Source of the DNA: Mayamaea pseudoterrestris
Lineage: Eukaryota
Direction of reading: 5' to 3'
DNA length: 64,000 nucleotides
NCBI GenBank assembly: GCA_027923505.1
Contig: BROI01000001.1
Location: forward strand, 1,550,001 to 1,614,000
The stretch's first letter is position 1, and the number at the start of each line of letters is the position of its first letter. Made by a program: the position numbers and the translations under genes. Under the pieces are notes generated by a model. That model was not told the DNA's origin. It worked only from the letters and a program-made list of their open reading frames with translations, and did not search any database. Positions 9,165-21,326 of the stretch are shown here, piece by piece.

Positions 9165-11073
9165 ATGAGCTCCCAAGGAGGCCAACGCAACATGAACATT
9201 ACACCTGGCGACTTTGTCGAGCTGACTTGCGAAGGCTATAAGGGCAAGCGCGGCTACGTGCTGGAACGTCCAGGCCCAGGCCAGAGAGTAATAAACCACG
9301 TAAGCGACGCTTCTTCTCATAGCTTATCTGTCGTGATTGACAATGATTATCCGTACTATGTCCCCTCCGAAGCAAGGGCGAATGAATATTTGAGCGTTGA
9401 TCGAGAGGACTTGATTCTTTTACAAAAGGAACTGGTGAGATTTCAGGTGCGAGTGTGCGACTACAAGTCGAGCAAATTTCCATGTCTCGGCGTTGCAGCA
9501 GCGCCATCGTATTCTCGGCAAGAGATAGCATTCGACACCGAGTCAGTGTTTCGAAAGATGTATCGTCCTTCCATTGAAGAATTACCGGGACCGCATACTG
9601 TAGAATCCGTTTTTAAAGATGTTGAGACGGAGAGCTTGTTCCGTGACATGTTCAAAGGGAACAACCTGGTTCTGACTTGGATGCACTATTTTGAAAAGGA
9701 TACAAATGATGACATAGGAGACCATTTAGAGAATTGCAGGCCGACGCTCATAACTCATGTTTACGAAGCGAAGCCGGATGGAACGCTTGTGGAATTAGGA
9801 TTTGTCGGGGGTTTTCCAAAAGCGTCTCGAAACCACAGCGAGAAGGCGTATCAGACTAGATATAATTGGCTCGACAGACGGCTAAGCGAAAACCAACTCA
9901 CACTGGGACAAGCACGTGCCCTGCTCGAACGAATTTTTCATCTTCTATTTCGTTTGGTTGCTTTTGATCTCGGCAACTACAATGCGGCCGCCATAGCCCG
10001 CGGTATGGTAATGTCATACAAGGATGAAAATAGGTGGAAAGAAGCTGTGGACTTAGAAATGATCACAGGTGACTTGATGTCAGTATCACCGCGAAAAGAT
10101 GCTTTGTTTTTCGAGCTTTACAAGATCAGTACCTGCCTTGATGCATGCGCCAGGTACCGGGAGGCCGGAGCCCTTTATGGTCAAGCTATTGAATGCTATC
10201 GCAATGTCCCAGACAATTATGCTACTTTCCCACCCATGGAAATCGATTCTCGTCTTCAAGAGCGTCTCTGGCTCGAAGTCATTATGCACTACCAGAAAGG
10301 GCGTGCGTACTCGAGTTGTTGCGAGTGGGAGCTTGCTGAGACTTCATTGCTTGCTAGTCTGAGAAAGCTGTTTAAAAACTTGCATGGATATCAAGCCTTT
10401 GACGAGCCCCTTTTTCAAAAAACATATGAAGAGCTAATTAGTTTGCTGTATGCTTGGGTGGATTCGCTCGGTGGTGACGGAGTTGCGTCCCCGATAAACG
10501 AAGTCGCAAACCTATTGCGCGCGGCGGTGTTATCGGCTCGCTTGAAGCCAGACCAACCGGAACCACCAATATTTATCGCAGATCGATACCGACGAGATCC
10601 ACGCGCTGCCAAGAAAGCTCTCAAGAAAGCTTTTTCAGCAAAATCAGTCTCTTCTTTTCGATCACATGTGAGCTCTTGGAAAAAGATTGGTGCGGTGGCG
10701 AACGTTCCTCTGGACCCGGAGCTCATGTTGCAAATGTACAGAGGCCACGAAAGGGCCAATGAGGACGCACGCAATGCTTACCTTCGAGCAGCGCTTGTTG
10801 TACCTCCTATATACAGTTGTTGTTTCCCAGATTGCTGTAAGGCAGATGAAAACAGTAAGATGTTTAATTGCTCGCGGTGTAAATCGATTGACTACTGGTA
10901 CGTCGCAGTGCAAAATGCCGCTACCGTAATATCAATTTGTCTTGACTCATCCAATTTGTTTATTTTGCAGCTCCAAGGAATGCCAGGTTGCACATTGGAA
11001 GGCGCACAAGAAGGATTGCAAGCGAATCGCTGCCCAACTTGAAGCACGACGCGCTCAGCGCAACGATGAATGA
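9165..11073 (+). CDS. MYND zinc-finger protein (SH3/KOW-like N-terminus, helical TPR-like middle); intron 10898-10970
   Basis: Removing the 73-nt GTACGT...TTTGCAG intron restores CSRCKSIDYC-SKECQVAHWKAHKKDC (MYND); stop TGA 11071-11073. Start ATG 9165 is inferred. Confidence 0.85.
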
Positions 11074-11234
11074 GCAGCGCTCTGTAGTAAAAATTCCTAT
11101 CATTTAATCGTTTTAAATCATTAAGTATATTTACCTTTTAACACGCATTTACATTCATCCCTATAGTCGAGTCGTATCATCCAGACGAACGTCTTTTGAT
11201 CTCAACAGCCTTTCAACCAACCCATTACTCGCTT

Positions 11235-11771
11235 TTAATCATCCTCGCTAGCAGATGCATCCTTCTCCTTGTTGTCACTATCCTCCGCCTCGACTCTTTC
11301 AGTTTCATTCTTATCATCACTCTGTTCCATCTTCGCTTCATACTCTTGCGACGCCTTGACTCGCTCCTCCAGCAGTTCCGTCGCATTGGCGTTTGGATTC
11401 ACGTTTTTGCCAAACGGATTGATGGGTCGCTGGTCGTGCGCAAAGAGTGGTCGATCCGTATTGTTGCCGCGCCGGGCCTGCGGGTTCCACACCTTGAGCT
11501 CCTTGGTGGGCGACGACATTTTGGTGGGCATGGAGGCGCGCTTGACGGGAGAGTATTCGGTGCTATGGAATATTTCACTGGCGCTGCTGTTTGGATTCAC
11601 ATTTTTACCGAGCGGGTTGATGGGTTCCTGATCCGTACTGGCAAGGTTGTTGAGGGCGTGACCCTTGCCGTGCTGGTACTGCTGGACCTTTTTGATCTTG
11701 GGGGGATTCTTGTCAAACATGGCGCGGAGATTGGCGAGTCTGCTGCCGGACGTTTCTGGTTCGTCTGACAT
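11235..11771 (-). CDS. Small hydrophilic hypothetical protein with internal repeat
   Basis: 178 aa; DQxPINPxGKNVNPN occurs twice; acidic tail. Confidence 0.7.
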   Translation of the reverse strand: MSDEPETSGSRLANLRAMFDKNPPKIKKVQQYQHGKGHALNNLASTDQEPINPLGKNVNPNSSASEIFHSTEYSPVKRASMPTKMSSPTKELKVWNPQARRGNNTDRPLFAHDQRPINPFGKNVNPNANATELLEERVKASQEYEAKMEQSDDKNETERVEAEDSDNKEKDASASEDD

Positions 11772-12050
11772 GATGTATTTTTCTTGACTTTATCGTATGT
11801 ATTTGGGTGTAGGTAGGTGCTGCTGCCGTCGAGATTCGATGCAAGTGACGAGGCACGAGGCTCGCCATGGCGGAGGCGCGGCGTCGGCGTGACCTCCAAG
11901 CAGTCATCCAACTCGACGCGTCGTGACCGACAAAACTGTGACTCATAGTTTGGATCTCTACTTACGCCCAGCTGTTTCGGGATCTTGTTTCATGTCTTAG
12001 CGCGACTAAAAAATTCTGGATCTCCATCCAACCGCACACCAAGTTCCACC

Positions 12051-12881
12051 ATGATGAAAGGCTCGCTGTCACACAGTCGCTCTCGCTCCGATTCCTCCAT
12101 TTTCATTCTACCATTACTATTGACGCTCTATTTCTTGACTCGTCCGTCACTGTCACTATCTAATTCGCCCGCAATTACAACAATGTCAGCTGCCGCTGCC
12201 ACCAAGCAAATACCCGGCGCCCTCATTTTTCTGCACGGCCTGGGCGACTCCCCATCCGGCTGGTCGCATTTGCAGCGGTCCTTGGCGCAGCTGCGTCCAA
12301 GACTGGCAGAATTGACGTACATATTTCCAGCGGCTCCCATGGTGGCCATTAGCATCAACGGCGGCGCCCGCATGCCGGGGTGGTTCGATCTACTGGAGTG
12401 GCCCGTGAGTGTCGGCGATCCAGAGGATGAAGCAGGACTAAAGGCGGCAGTCACGCAGCTGCATGATGAAATAAGCAAGCTGGAAGAGTCTGGTGTTCCG
12501 AAAAGTCGCATAGTTGTGGGCGGATTCAGTCAAGGCGCGGCCGTCGCCTTGCTGGCAGCCTATCACGCTGGAGTGCAGCAACCAAACAGCTCACCACTCG
12601 CCGGAGTGGTGGCACTCTCCGGATGGCTGACCATGACCAACGACTTGCAAGTTTTCAAAGACATTGCCAAACATACGCCATGCTGGTGGGGGCATGGAAC
12701 GTATGACGACAAGGTGTTGTATGCGCAGCAAGCCTTTGGTGCAGGCAAGCTCAAGGAACACAAGGTCAATGTTTCCACCACGAGCTATCCCATGGGACAT
12801 GAGAGCTGCGCGGAGGAAATGGACGACTTGGCCGCGTTTCTGGATGAAACGCTGTTTGGAGCGGAACAGTCGGAGCTATAG
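12051..12881 (+). CDS. Acyl-protein thioesterase / phospholipase-carboxylesterase (LYPLA/APT family)
   Basis: IFLHGLGD, MPGWFD, GGFSQG (nucleophile), HGTYDD, MGHES; hydrophobic N-terminal segment. Exact start is uncertain. Confidence 0.92.
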   Translation: MMKGSLSHSRSRSDSSIFILPLLLTLYFLTRPSLSLSNSPAITTMSAAAATKQIPGALIFLHGLGDSPSGWSHLQRSLAQLRPRLAELTYIFPAAPMVAISINGGARMPGWFDLLEWPVSVGDPEDEAGLKAAVTQLHDEISKLEESGVPKSRIVVGGFSQGAAVALLAAYHAGVQQPNSSPLAGVVALSGWLTMTNDLQVFKDIAKHTPCWWGHGTYDDKVLYAQQAFGAGKLKEHKVNVSTTSYPMGHESCAEEMDDLAAFLDETLFGAEQSEL

Positions 12882-13044
12882 ACGAAAAAGAAATAAACGA
12901 AACGTATGCATGTATGCGACGCACGGGATATGTCGTGCTTCGCTTGTGGGTGACTCATAGAGTCAGCTACTAGTACGTAGTCCTGTAAACACTACAAATT
13001 ACTTGTAAACTACTTTACAAATATGTTAATGCAATTGACCCGCT

Positions 13045-14259
13045 CTAGTACAAGACACTGGCATGCTCGCCGCCGCGACTCGCCCAGCGGGCCGACCGCG
13101 TCAATCCGCGCTTGGACAAAGACTTTTTTCGCTCCACCGCCACGTCCAACATCTTGCTAGTATTCTTGGTGATACTACCACTCAATGATCCGCTGCTGCT
13201 GCGCAGGAAGCGACCGAAAAACAAGGATGGACTGGCGGCTCGGCAATGGTCCAGCATGGTGGTGGAAGCGGAGCGCTGCACGGCAGTCTTGGCGATTGGA
13301 TACGATACAATCAGCTCATCGTCGTCGTCACTCGACAGGCCTTCGTCATCGTCTTCCTCCTCCATAATGGTAAAGACGGCCGAGCTATTGGTAGTGTCAT
13401 TATATTGGTTGTCACTGTAATCAAGACACTTGCGCTCCGTCGCGTCGCCTTCGCGCGACTGCGCGTAAATGTTGACCAGTACGTCGCCCATTTGCAAGCT
13501 GGTTGAGTTGGTGCTGTCTGCAGGATAGGTGTTTGTGAAGAGCGGCGGCGGTGCCACGTTCCGCTGATTGGTTCGATTGCATTGTTGTTGCGGTTCAAAG
13601 ACGCGCTTTTTGCGGCGAAATGCTTGACTGTGGCGCGGCGGCGAAACATATGTTGGCGGCGTGACTGGACTTGGTCTTCGACCATGATTCATGGAAATCA
13701 ACAGTGGCGGCCCAACGGGACTTTTGTTGTTGGCGGTATGCATCAGTTGCTCCTTCCAGCTTGCCTCCTGCTCTGGGAGAGCGTCGAAATACATGTAGTC
13801 GCCAACGTCATTGTGCGACACAATGGTCGATGCGACGCTGTAGTTGTCGTCATCAACATCGTCCATAACATCATTGTCAGGTTGTTGTTGCCAATTAGTA
13901 GCCGTATTCGTCATCGCTGCATACTGATACTCCAAGTGGACGGGAAGACTCTGTACCGATGCTGCATCGTCATCTTCATCGTTGCTGCCGCCGCCATTGC
14001 CGGTGATGCGATTGTACTCGGCTTCAATGTCACTGACACTTGTTAGCGATGACTGTCGGTGCACCACACGCTGACGAAAGCTGCGTCGTCGTTCCTGCTG
14101 CGGCGACATTGAAACGCTCCGAGCCGCAGCCACGTTGGTGATGAAGGAGTTGGAGCGTCCGTCGTTGCGTGACGCGTTGCAACGAATGGTGGCTTCGTAG
14201 TGGGCGGCGCGACTTGCAACGACGGACAGCGGCATGGGAGTGCCGGGACGAAAACTCAT
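13045..14259 (-). CDS. Disordered hypothetical protein
   Basis: Long ORF; probable start MSFRPGTP at 14259; low complexity, no recognisable domain. Confidence 0.6.
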   Translation of the reverse strand: MSFRPGTPMPLSVVASRAAHYEATIRCNASRNDGRSNSFITNVAAARSVSMSPQQERRRSFRQRVVHRQSSLTSVSDIEAEYNRITGNGGGSNDEDDDAASVQSLPVHLEYQYAAMTNTATNWQQQPDNDVMDDVDDDNYSVASTIVSHNDVGDYMYFDALPEQEASWKEQLMHTANNKSPVGPPLLISMNHGRRPSPVTPPTYVSPPRHSQAFRRKKRVFEPQQQCNRTNQRNVAPPPLFTNTYPADSTNSTSLQMGDVLVNIYAQSREGDATERKCLDYSDNQYNDTTNSSAVFTIMEEEDDDEGLSSDDDDELIVSYPIAKTAVQRSASTTMLDHCRAASPSLFFGRFLRSSSGSLSGSITKNTSKMLDVAVERKKSLSKRGLTRSARWASRGGEHASVLY

Positions 14260-14781
14260 GGTGCAGCAATTGTTGAGTGATTGTGAGAGAGTAGTCGTCA
14301 AATATGTGAGCATCAAAAGTGACTGGGCAGGACTCGTCGTCTCTTGGATGCGGACAAAACGATGAGCACGATTCTTCGGCTTCGTTTTGCGTTCGCGAAA
14401 TTCGCTCATTCGTTGCGAACACAGAAGCATCGCAACGATACTAACTAATGTCAGTCACAAATCGATCGTGCGAACATGGAATTGAAACGTGGTTACGTCG
14501 TTCCGGTTCTCAATGGCGCGGCACGCTTTCGCTTTCGGTGGCTCACTTTTTCTTTCCAATCCAACGGCCCACTCATGCCATGTTCGATTCCTTGGACAGC
14601 CACAAAGCAAGGTTATCGTCGGAAGATAGAAAGCAAGAGCAAGAGTAACCAAGGATTGATACATTGAAAGCTTTCTTAGGTGCTTGTGACCTTTCGTGTG
14701 ATCCTCCGCCTCGTTCCAAAAAAGAAGAAACATCACCAAACAGCCGTTCGCCTAACTGACAGTCGTTCGAAAAGTTTCATC

Positions 14782-15402
14782 ATGACGACCACCAACTATG
14801 TGATGGAAACGTTGACGTTCCACCAAACGACAAGCTCCAAATGTTTTCACAACAAGTCGCGGCCCCCATTACGAAGTAACGTTCGATCGTTGCATGACGA
14901 CGACGGCGAATCATCCACTCTGAGTCTCACATATTCCATGTCCACGACGGCCAGTGACGACGACGATGATGAGTTTTCCTTTGCCGACATGATGCAAGTT
15001 TTTGGTGGTCATGACGATAAGCGTATGGCATTATCGCTGCGGAAGCGACGCTGGACGAGCAGCTGCGACGTTGAAACGTCCAAAAGTGATGTTGCATTAT
15101 TGGCATGCAGTACGACGGACCATGACGTTGTGGTCGCACAAGCCACTACTGACAATGGATCAATCGCATTGCATGGCGCTGACGACTTGCATGAACGAAA
15201 GGATGCGCAGCGAACCTGTCCATCATTGTCGTCGGTGGACGCATCAAACGACGACAAGTCATTGCCGCTGACCATGATGAACAGCAATAAAATTCGAGAC
15301 GATGAGCCCAATCACTTGGAGGAATTGTGTCAGACATCACCATGGATGGTTTGTTTGGTGGATGCGATCAAGAATCTAACCAGTCTTGAACGTTACTATT
15401 AG
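14782..15402 (+). CDS. Hypothetical protein (Asp/Ser/Thr-rich)
   Basis: ~206-aa ORF from MTTTNYVM; no recognisable domain. Confidence 0.5.
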   Translation: MTTTNYVMETLTFHQTTSSKCFHNKSRPPLRSNVRSLHDDDGESSTLSLTYSMSTTASDDDDDEFSFADMMQVFGGHDDKRMALSLRKRRWTSSCDVETSKSDVALLACSTTDHDVVVAQATTDNGSIALHGADDLHERKDAQRTCPSLSSVDASNDDKSLPLTMMNSNKIRDDEPNHLEELCQTSPWMVCLVDAIKNLTSLERYY

Positions 15403-15640
15403 CTCTGTGCGTCATGTGTGATTAGTCTGTTCGTTCTGCGTTTGTTCTTGTTAGCACCAGTTTTGATAATCTTTGTTAACGTCAAGGACAAAAATGCAGA
15501 GTGAGATCAGTTGGATTTGGTTATTAAATTCTAACGTTGGCGTATTAATGGCAAGTAGAAAATTAAGCATTTTCAATTTGACTACCGGTAGTCTCCACCG
15601 TTTACAAGTAGTGCGTCCATGAAGCATAACATACAGCTAC

Positions 15641-18276
15641 TTAGATACGCATGACATTGCGAATGCCGAGCAAGTCAAAGCATTGTCCCATGGCCAAGGT
15701 CGACACATGGCACAGGAGCAGGCGACTCTTCATTTCCGGGCTACCCAGCACCTTGCATTGCGTCACAAAGTCGCCGACCGCAGTGGAAAGCTTGTAGACG
15801 TATTCGCAAATGTTGCAGGGAAACAGCTCCTCCAACGTCTTTTCGTACATGTCGGCAAAGGCCATCAAATTGAGCGCAAGGTTGCGCTCCGATGGGTGCT
15901 CAATGACAATCTCCTCTCCCGACTTGAGCAAGTCTTGAATGTCAACGTTAAACTCCGCCTTGGCCTTGGCACCAATACTCTCCAATCTGACACGGGCATA
16001 CAGTAGGTAGACTGCCGTATCACCCTTGGTGTCAAGCATCTGATCGTACGAAAACTTGTAATTGGAAGTAGGATTTCGGCGCAAATCGTAGTACTTGACA
16101 GCACCGTACCCAACAGCTTCCGCAACGCTCTTGACTTCATCGACAGTGATACCGGCTTTTCCTTCCGCTATGCGCTCTCGAAGCGATTGGTCCATGCGCA
16201 CGACAGCCTCGTTCAGCAAGTCGACGAGTCTGACAGTCTCGCCTGAGCGTGTCTTGAAACGTTTGCCGTCCTCGCCTATGAAAATGTAAGCACAGTGTTT
16301 AATGACTTTCAAAAAACATGCATCATGATCATTGACGTGGCGATGTTCTTATACATACCTTGCACCGTTCCAAAGCCAATGTGCTCCAGTCGCTGATTAC
16401 CATCCTTTACCCAGCCAATCGCGCGACCAGCTCCATAGACCATCTTGAAGTGATCAGCTTGCGTAAAGTCAGTAATGACAATAATACGATCGGCCTTTAA
16501 CTCAAACAGTCTGTACTTGAGCGCGGCAGCATCCGTCGAGTCGTATCCGTAGCCACCATCCGACTTTTGCAGCATGAGCGGCACCTTGAAGTTGTTTACG
16601 CGCACCACCTTGGCGCCGCCTTCCTCCGCCTCCAACATGCCCGCTTGCTCAAACTCTTGAATGACGGCTGGAATCTTGTCATTGTAAAAGGACTCGCCAC
16701 ACTCGTTTAATCGCACGTCGAGTCGCTCGTACACCTTTTGGAACTCGGCGCGCGACGTGTCGCACAGCATTTTCCAAATGTTGGTGCACTCCTCGTCGCC
16801 CGCCTGCAGCTTGACCACGTTGAGCTGCGCCAGCTTTTTGAACTCGGGACTCTCGTCGAAGCGTTGCTTGGCCTTTTTGTAAAACTCGGTCAAGTCGGTA
16901 ATCGAGGCGCCCTCCGCGCCACTATGCGACTCGCCGCTAGCATTACCGACCGTCGACTCCTGCAGTTCCTTGAGATACTGAATGAGCATGCCAAACTGCG
17001 TGCCCCAGTCCCCCACGTGGTTGATTCGATGCACCGTATGACCCACCGCCTCCAATATGCGACACACCGACTCTCCGATAATGGTGCTCCGCAAGTGACC
17101 CACGTGCATTTCCTTGGCAATGTTGGGCGACGAAAAGTCCACGACGCATGTTTGCGGAGTAATGTTTGGAGGAAAGGGCATGACTTGCTGCTGTGCGTTG
17201 CTGCCTGCGTCACGAACCACGTTCAATCGCTGGTTCAAGTGCGTTTGCAGAAAGCGCGGCTGAATCTTCATCATGATGAAACCAGGTCCCTGCACCGTCA
17301 AGTCCGTGACCACGGGGTGGTCTTCGCCATTGCCTGCACTTACGACTGCATCAATCATGGCTTGCGCCACTTGCTGCGGACTATTAAATGTTGTAATGCC
17401 ACGTTGCTTGAGTGTCGCAAAAATCGACATGGCGGCGTTGCACTGGTAGTCGCCGTGCTTGGGGTTTTGGCACTTTGTCACCAAATTAGCTGCCAAGTCG
17501 GTGATTACATGGTTGGAAATGTGGCGGACGGCGGCGCCAAATACGTGGCGCAATACGTGCGACAAGCGGGGTTCATCCATGTCAATCGCGGTGACTGGTG
17601 CAGTCGAGTTTGAAGACGACGCTGATACGCTGGCATTAAACTCTGACACAGCTTGCTTGGCTGCTGCAAACGCCGCGGCGTGATGCTTGACGTAGTCGGA
17701 AACAATCTCCGGCAAGTCGGTTGTTGCGCAGTCGTTCAAAAGAGTCGTGACGATGCAAACATCCGCCACGGAAACGTTACTTCCCACCAAGCAGTGCATG
17801 GACGAATGATGATGGTGCTTGCGGCGGTGCTCGAGTGTTTCGATCAACCGTTGCAGCGACGGTTTGTTGTTCGACGATGAATGCCTCAACTCTGTTCGCT
17901 CCCAGTCGAGCCAGTCCTCCATTTTGGCCTGATCCAAGTCGCTGCATTGATTTGCCGTCACATTCATTCGACTCAGTGCCAGCGCCATGCCGTTGCCGCC
18001 GCCGCCGACCACGTCCAGTAGCTCATCTTGCTGCAGCAGGACGAGGGCTGGATGCTGCTGCTGCTGCAGGAAAAAGTTTGCATCATCGTCGGGAGCAGCC
18101 ACTGCCTGCAACTCGACTTGGTGCAGCTGCGCCGTCCAAAGTAGCTTGATCATGACGGAATTATTCGTGTTGTTATTGCCATGGACGAGGCCAAACTGGA
18201 AGGATGGAGTTGTGGCGGAAGCATTCGATGATGGAGCAGCAGCAGTCGCTTGCTTTGGCTTTTTCGAGGCTGCCAT
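15641..18276 (-). CDS. RARS: Arginyl-tRNA synthetase (cytosolic type) with N-terminal GST-C-like extension; intron 16276-16358
   Basis: GDYQCN, VDFSSPNIAKEMHVGHLRSTIIG, NHVGDWGTQFG, KSDGG, spliced VQG-EDGKRFKTRSG, GDTAVYLLYA, DALR-type C-terminus. Confidence 0.97.
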
Positions 18277-18795
18277 TGTGTACTCTTTAAATTCTCTTTT
18301 TCGTTTTGTAGAAGATATCTTGAGTAGTCGACTGCACAGGTTTAAGAAAGCTTGATGTTGCCAAGTCGTTAGCTTGTTGGAACGAGCCATGCTAGTGGAA
18401 CGTTTCGCTCGGCCACTCGAAACGGATCAACGAGCGGCTCCAGCACTAGTTGCCATGCGACATATGACGGGTGCAGGTCAGACGATATTATGATGCGGAT
18501 GCGACATGGATCTACATAAGCCTCGCGACACGCTTGCCCAAACTCGACCATGCGCGCGACGACCGCCGATTTTCAACACGTGCCTTCGCAATGGATGCAA
18601 CTCGAGTAGTGATACAAAATTAGCATCGCTTTCAGCCTTTGGATTTTTCTCCATCAAGCATTTCGATCAGTGAAAAAGCAGCAATTCGCCAGATTGATCC
18701 TTAAGCCTTGCCAGTTCCTTTCTAGCGCCCTAGCGCCCCGACATCCAAGATCAACTCGAGCGAGGCAGCAAATTCATTCTTCATTATTAGCCGCG

Positions 18796-20730
18796 ATGAA
18801 CGGAGCAAGCATGGGCGGCAGCAGTAGTCGCATCAGAGCAGCGTCAATTAAGGCGGCATCTATAGCCAGGAACGATGTCAATGATTCACGCAGCGACAAT
18901 GCAGAAAATGCTGCCTCCATTCCATCGCATCACTTGACGCTCCCTTCCGCCAACACTTCCGCCGACGCTTCCAAATACTCGAAGCGACGAAAGCCGCGAA
19001 AGTATATTTCAAATATGACCAAGCTGGCAGCCGTAGTAATGACCATGTGTTTGACCTTGGTAGTCTTCTTCTACATGCATCCCAGCAATACACGATTTGT
19101 CAAGAATCAATCGTCGCCACTACTCCGCGAGCAGCTGCTCGCTCACTTACCAAAGAAACATGCTCACTTTCACAAGAAGCAAGACAGCAATGTCGCGCAC
19201 GACGGTACTCGGCAGTTGGAAAAGTCGTTTCACAAGGTTCGCTCGCAGACGGATGCAAACGATGCTGAAACGCACATTGACGCCGTCTTGAACGATTGGC
19301 AAGCGGCGCTGGATGACGAAATTGTGCACAATTTTAGAGGCGGAATACGATGGACGCGTCCCTATCTACTGCCGCCGCTGCGTAAAGTGGTTGGTCAGGA
19401 TGATGTCACGCATCAGAATCAGGAGCAGCACAAGAATAGCAAGGCGGAGGCGCACTTTTTCAAAGCGACGAATCGCATGCGCACAATGTTCGACTGGGAG
19501 CACGAGTGGGAGGAATTATTGAAAAAGCAGCAACGCGACAAAAGCGGTGGAGCAGCAAGTAGTTTGGGCCCCCGCGTCGACTACACGGATTCGAAACACT
19601 ACATGTATCCACCACTGCCTGCCGACGAACATGTATTGCCTCCCGATCCAGCCATTTACCCTCCACTCCAGCCGCTTTCGCAAGTCATGGAAACGTGGCC
19701 GCAGGATGAAGACTACGATTTCGAAAAACATGGCTATATTCACGAGCAACTATGGCACTTTAACTTTACCAATCCCGTCGAACTAAAGTTGGCGCAAGTA
19801 CTGCGCGACCATGAGCTTCCCTTTAAACTGTACAACGTTCCGGAACTCGTCGAGGCAAACGTCAAGTGGACGGACGACTACGTGAGTGCCGGTTTTGGTG
19901 GATTGCATGAGAGTAACGCTGGACTCTTTGGATTCGGCAACAACAACATCCCATTCGCCAGTGGCGTGGCGCAGGAGTCGCCCAACAATTACTTTGCCTT
20001 TTTCACCCCAAAGCAGTGGAACGTGCATCGCATGGGCTTGCCGCCGACGCGCAACAGCGACTGGACGTTTTCCAAGTGGGCCAAGCACGCCAAATACGCG
20101 GATGCTGTACAACTATCGTACGATCAACCGCACGTGTATTGGCAAGCCGGCGTCGATCGCATGGAGCGATACTCTGAACCAAGCAAGTGGACGTTTATTA
20201 GTCGCGACTTGCCGTCGTTTGCGAGTCCGACGGAAAACTTTTTCGTGTTTTCGCCGCAGGAGCAAAAGGGCATTCAGTGTCGGTTCGGCGAGCGCGGCGT
20301 CGTGGCGGCGACGCACTACGACGGCGGCCGCAACGTGGTCGGCATGGTGACGGGCGCCAAGCGATACATTCTGAGTCCGCCGCATCAGTGCTCCAAGCTT
20401 GGAGTGTTTACGTCGAAGCGGAGTCCCATTTATCGACACTCCTTGTTGAACTTTGCGCATATACAATACTTGAAGGATGATACAGCGACGCAGGAACAAG
20501 CGAAAGGCATGTCGGATGAGGAGCGCGAGTGGTTGGAGCGGGCGAGCCAAGCGTTGTCGGTGGAGACTGTCCTCAAGGCGGGCGAAGCATTGTATATTCC
20601 AAGTCACTGGTTCCACTACATTATTTCGGTCCAAAAGTCTGCTCAGTGCAACGTTCGATCCGGAATAAATCAGGAGGGAAATCCTGCTTTCGGCAATCGT
20701 GAGACTGTGGAGCGATGTCTTGCAGAGTAA
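18796..20730 (+). CDS. JmjC/cupin-8 2-oxoglutarate Fe(II) oxygenase with N-terminal transmembrane anchor
   Basis: TM segment LAAVVMTMCLTLVVFFYM; ATHYDGGRN, GAKRYIL, LKAGEALYIPSHWFHYI (HxD...H triad). Confidence 0.88.
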   Translation: MNGASMGGSSSRIRAASIKAASIARNDVNDSRSDNAENAASIPSHHLTLPSANTSADASKYSKRRKPRKYISNMTKLAAVVMTMCLTLVVFFYMHPSNTRFVKNQSSPLLREQLLAHLPKKHAHFHKKQDSNVAHDGTRQLEKSFHKVRSQTDANDAETHIDAVLNDWQAALDDEIVHNFRGGIRWTRPYLLPPLRKVVGQDDVTHQNQEQHKNSKAEAHFFKATNRMRTMFDWEHEWEELLKKQQRDKSGGAASSLGPRVDYTDSKHYMYPPLPADEHVLPPDPAIYPPLQPLSQVMETWPQDEDYDFEKHGYIHEQLWHFNFTNPVELKLAQVLRDHELPFKLYNVPELVEANVKWTDDYVSAGFGGLHESNAGLFGFGNNNIPFASGVAQESPNNYFAFFTPKQWNVHRMGLPPTRNSDWTFSKWAKHAKYADAVQLSYDQPHVYWQAGVDRMERYSEPSKWTFISRDLPSFASPTENFFVFSPQEQKGIQCRFGERGVVAATHYDGGRNVVGMVTGAKRYILSPPHQCSKLGVFTSKRSPIYRHSLLNFAHIQYLKDDTATQEQAKGMSDEEREWLERASQALSVETVLKAGEALYIPSHWFHYIISVQKSAQCNVRSGINQEGNPAFGNRETVERCLAE

Positions 20731-21326
20731 AAGTTTGCAAATGATCGGGACATTTTGGATGCTGTGAACGCGTCTGGCAAAAAGCGGGCGCCCAAAATAT
20801 GCCGTAACTGTCGTTTCAATAGACTGGGAGGTCCATCAATCCACTCGACAACGCGCGAAAATACTCTGTTGACAACATCTACTGTTCTACCAATTCACGG
20901 AATCGGCAAAAGAGTTTACTCTCAGGCAAGCATTGGTCGACTGACGTACCATTCTTTGCATCAACGCTCCAGCCCATTTATAACAGTATTGCGTAACCAA
21001 ATAGCCATATAAGTCATTTGATTCTTTCATACGATTCCCTTACCGTCTTATGCGTTTGCAGACTCGTTGTATTTTATGGTGAAGCATAGTCATGACCGAC
21101 ATAGCTAACATCGCATATCGCTCCGTTTCCAAGACACGTCATTCGAAAAGTTGCGTCAGCGCGAGGCGGGCATCTGTTTGCAAGGTTCTACAGCCCGTCA
21201 CATTTTCGACACGCCCGACAACCATGACGTTTCGATTTGCCGACCGACCGACAACTTCTCCCTCCTTCGATGGCCCAAGGACATTATTCTTGGATTCTGC
21301 TTGATTAATATCCATTACATTAAAGT

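Noticed and set aside
10898..11042. ORF-track C-terminus of the 700-aa protein and other apparent frameshifts or split ORFs
   Set aside because: Explained by canonical GT-AG introns; not pseudogenes.
14536..14604. TGGCTCA...GTTCGATTCC resembling tRNA A/B boxes
   Set aside because: No cloverleaf: T-stem and anticodon stem do not pair.
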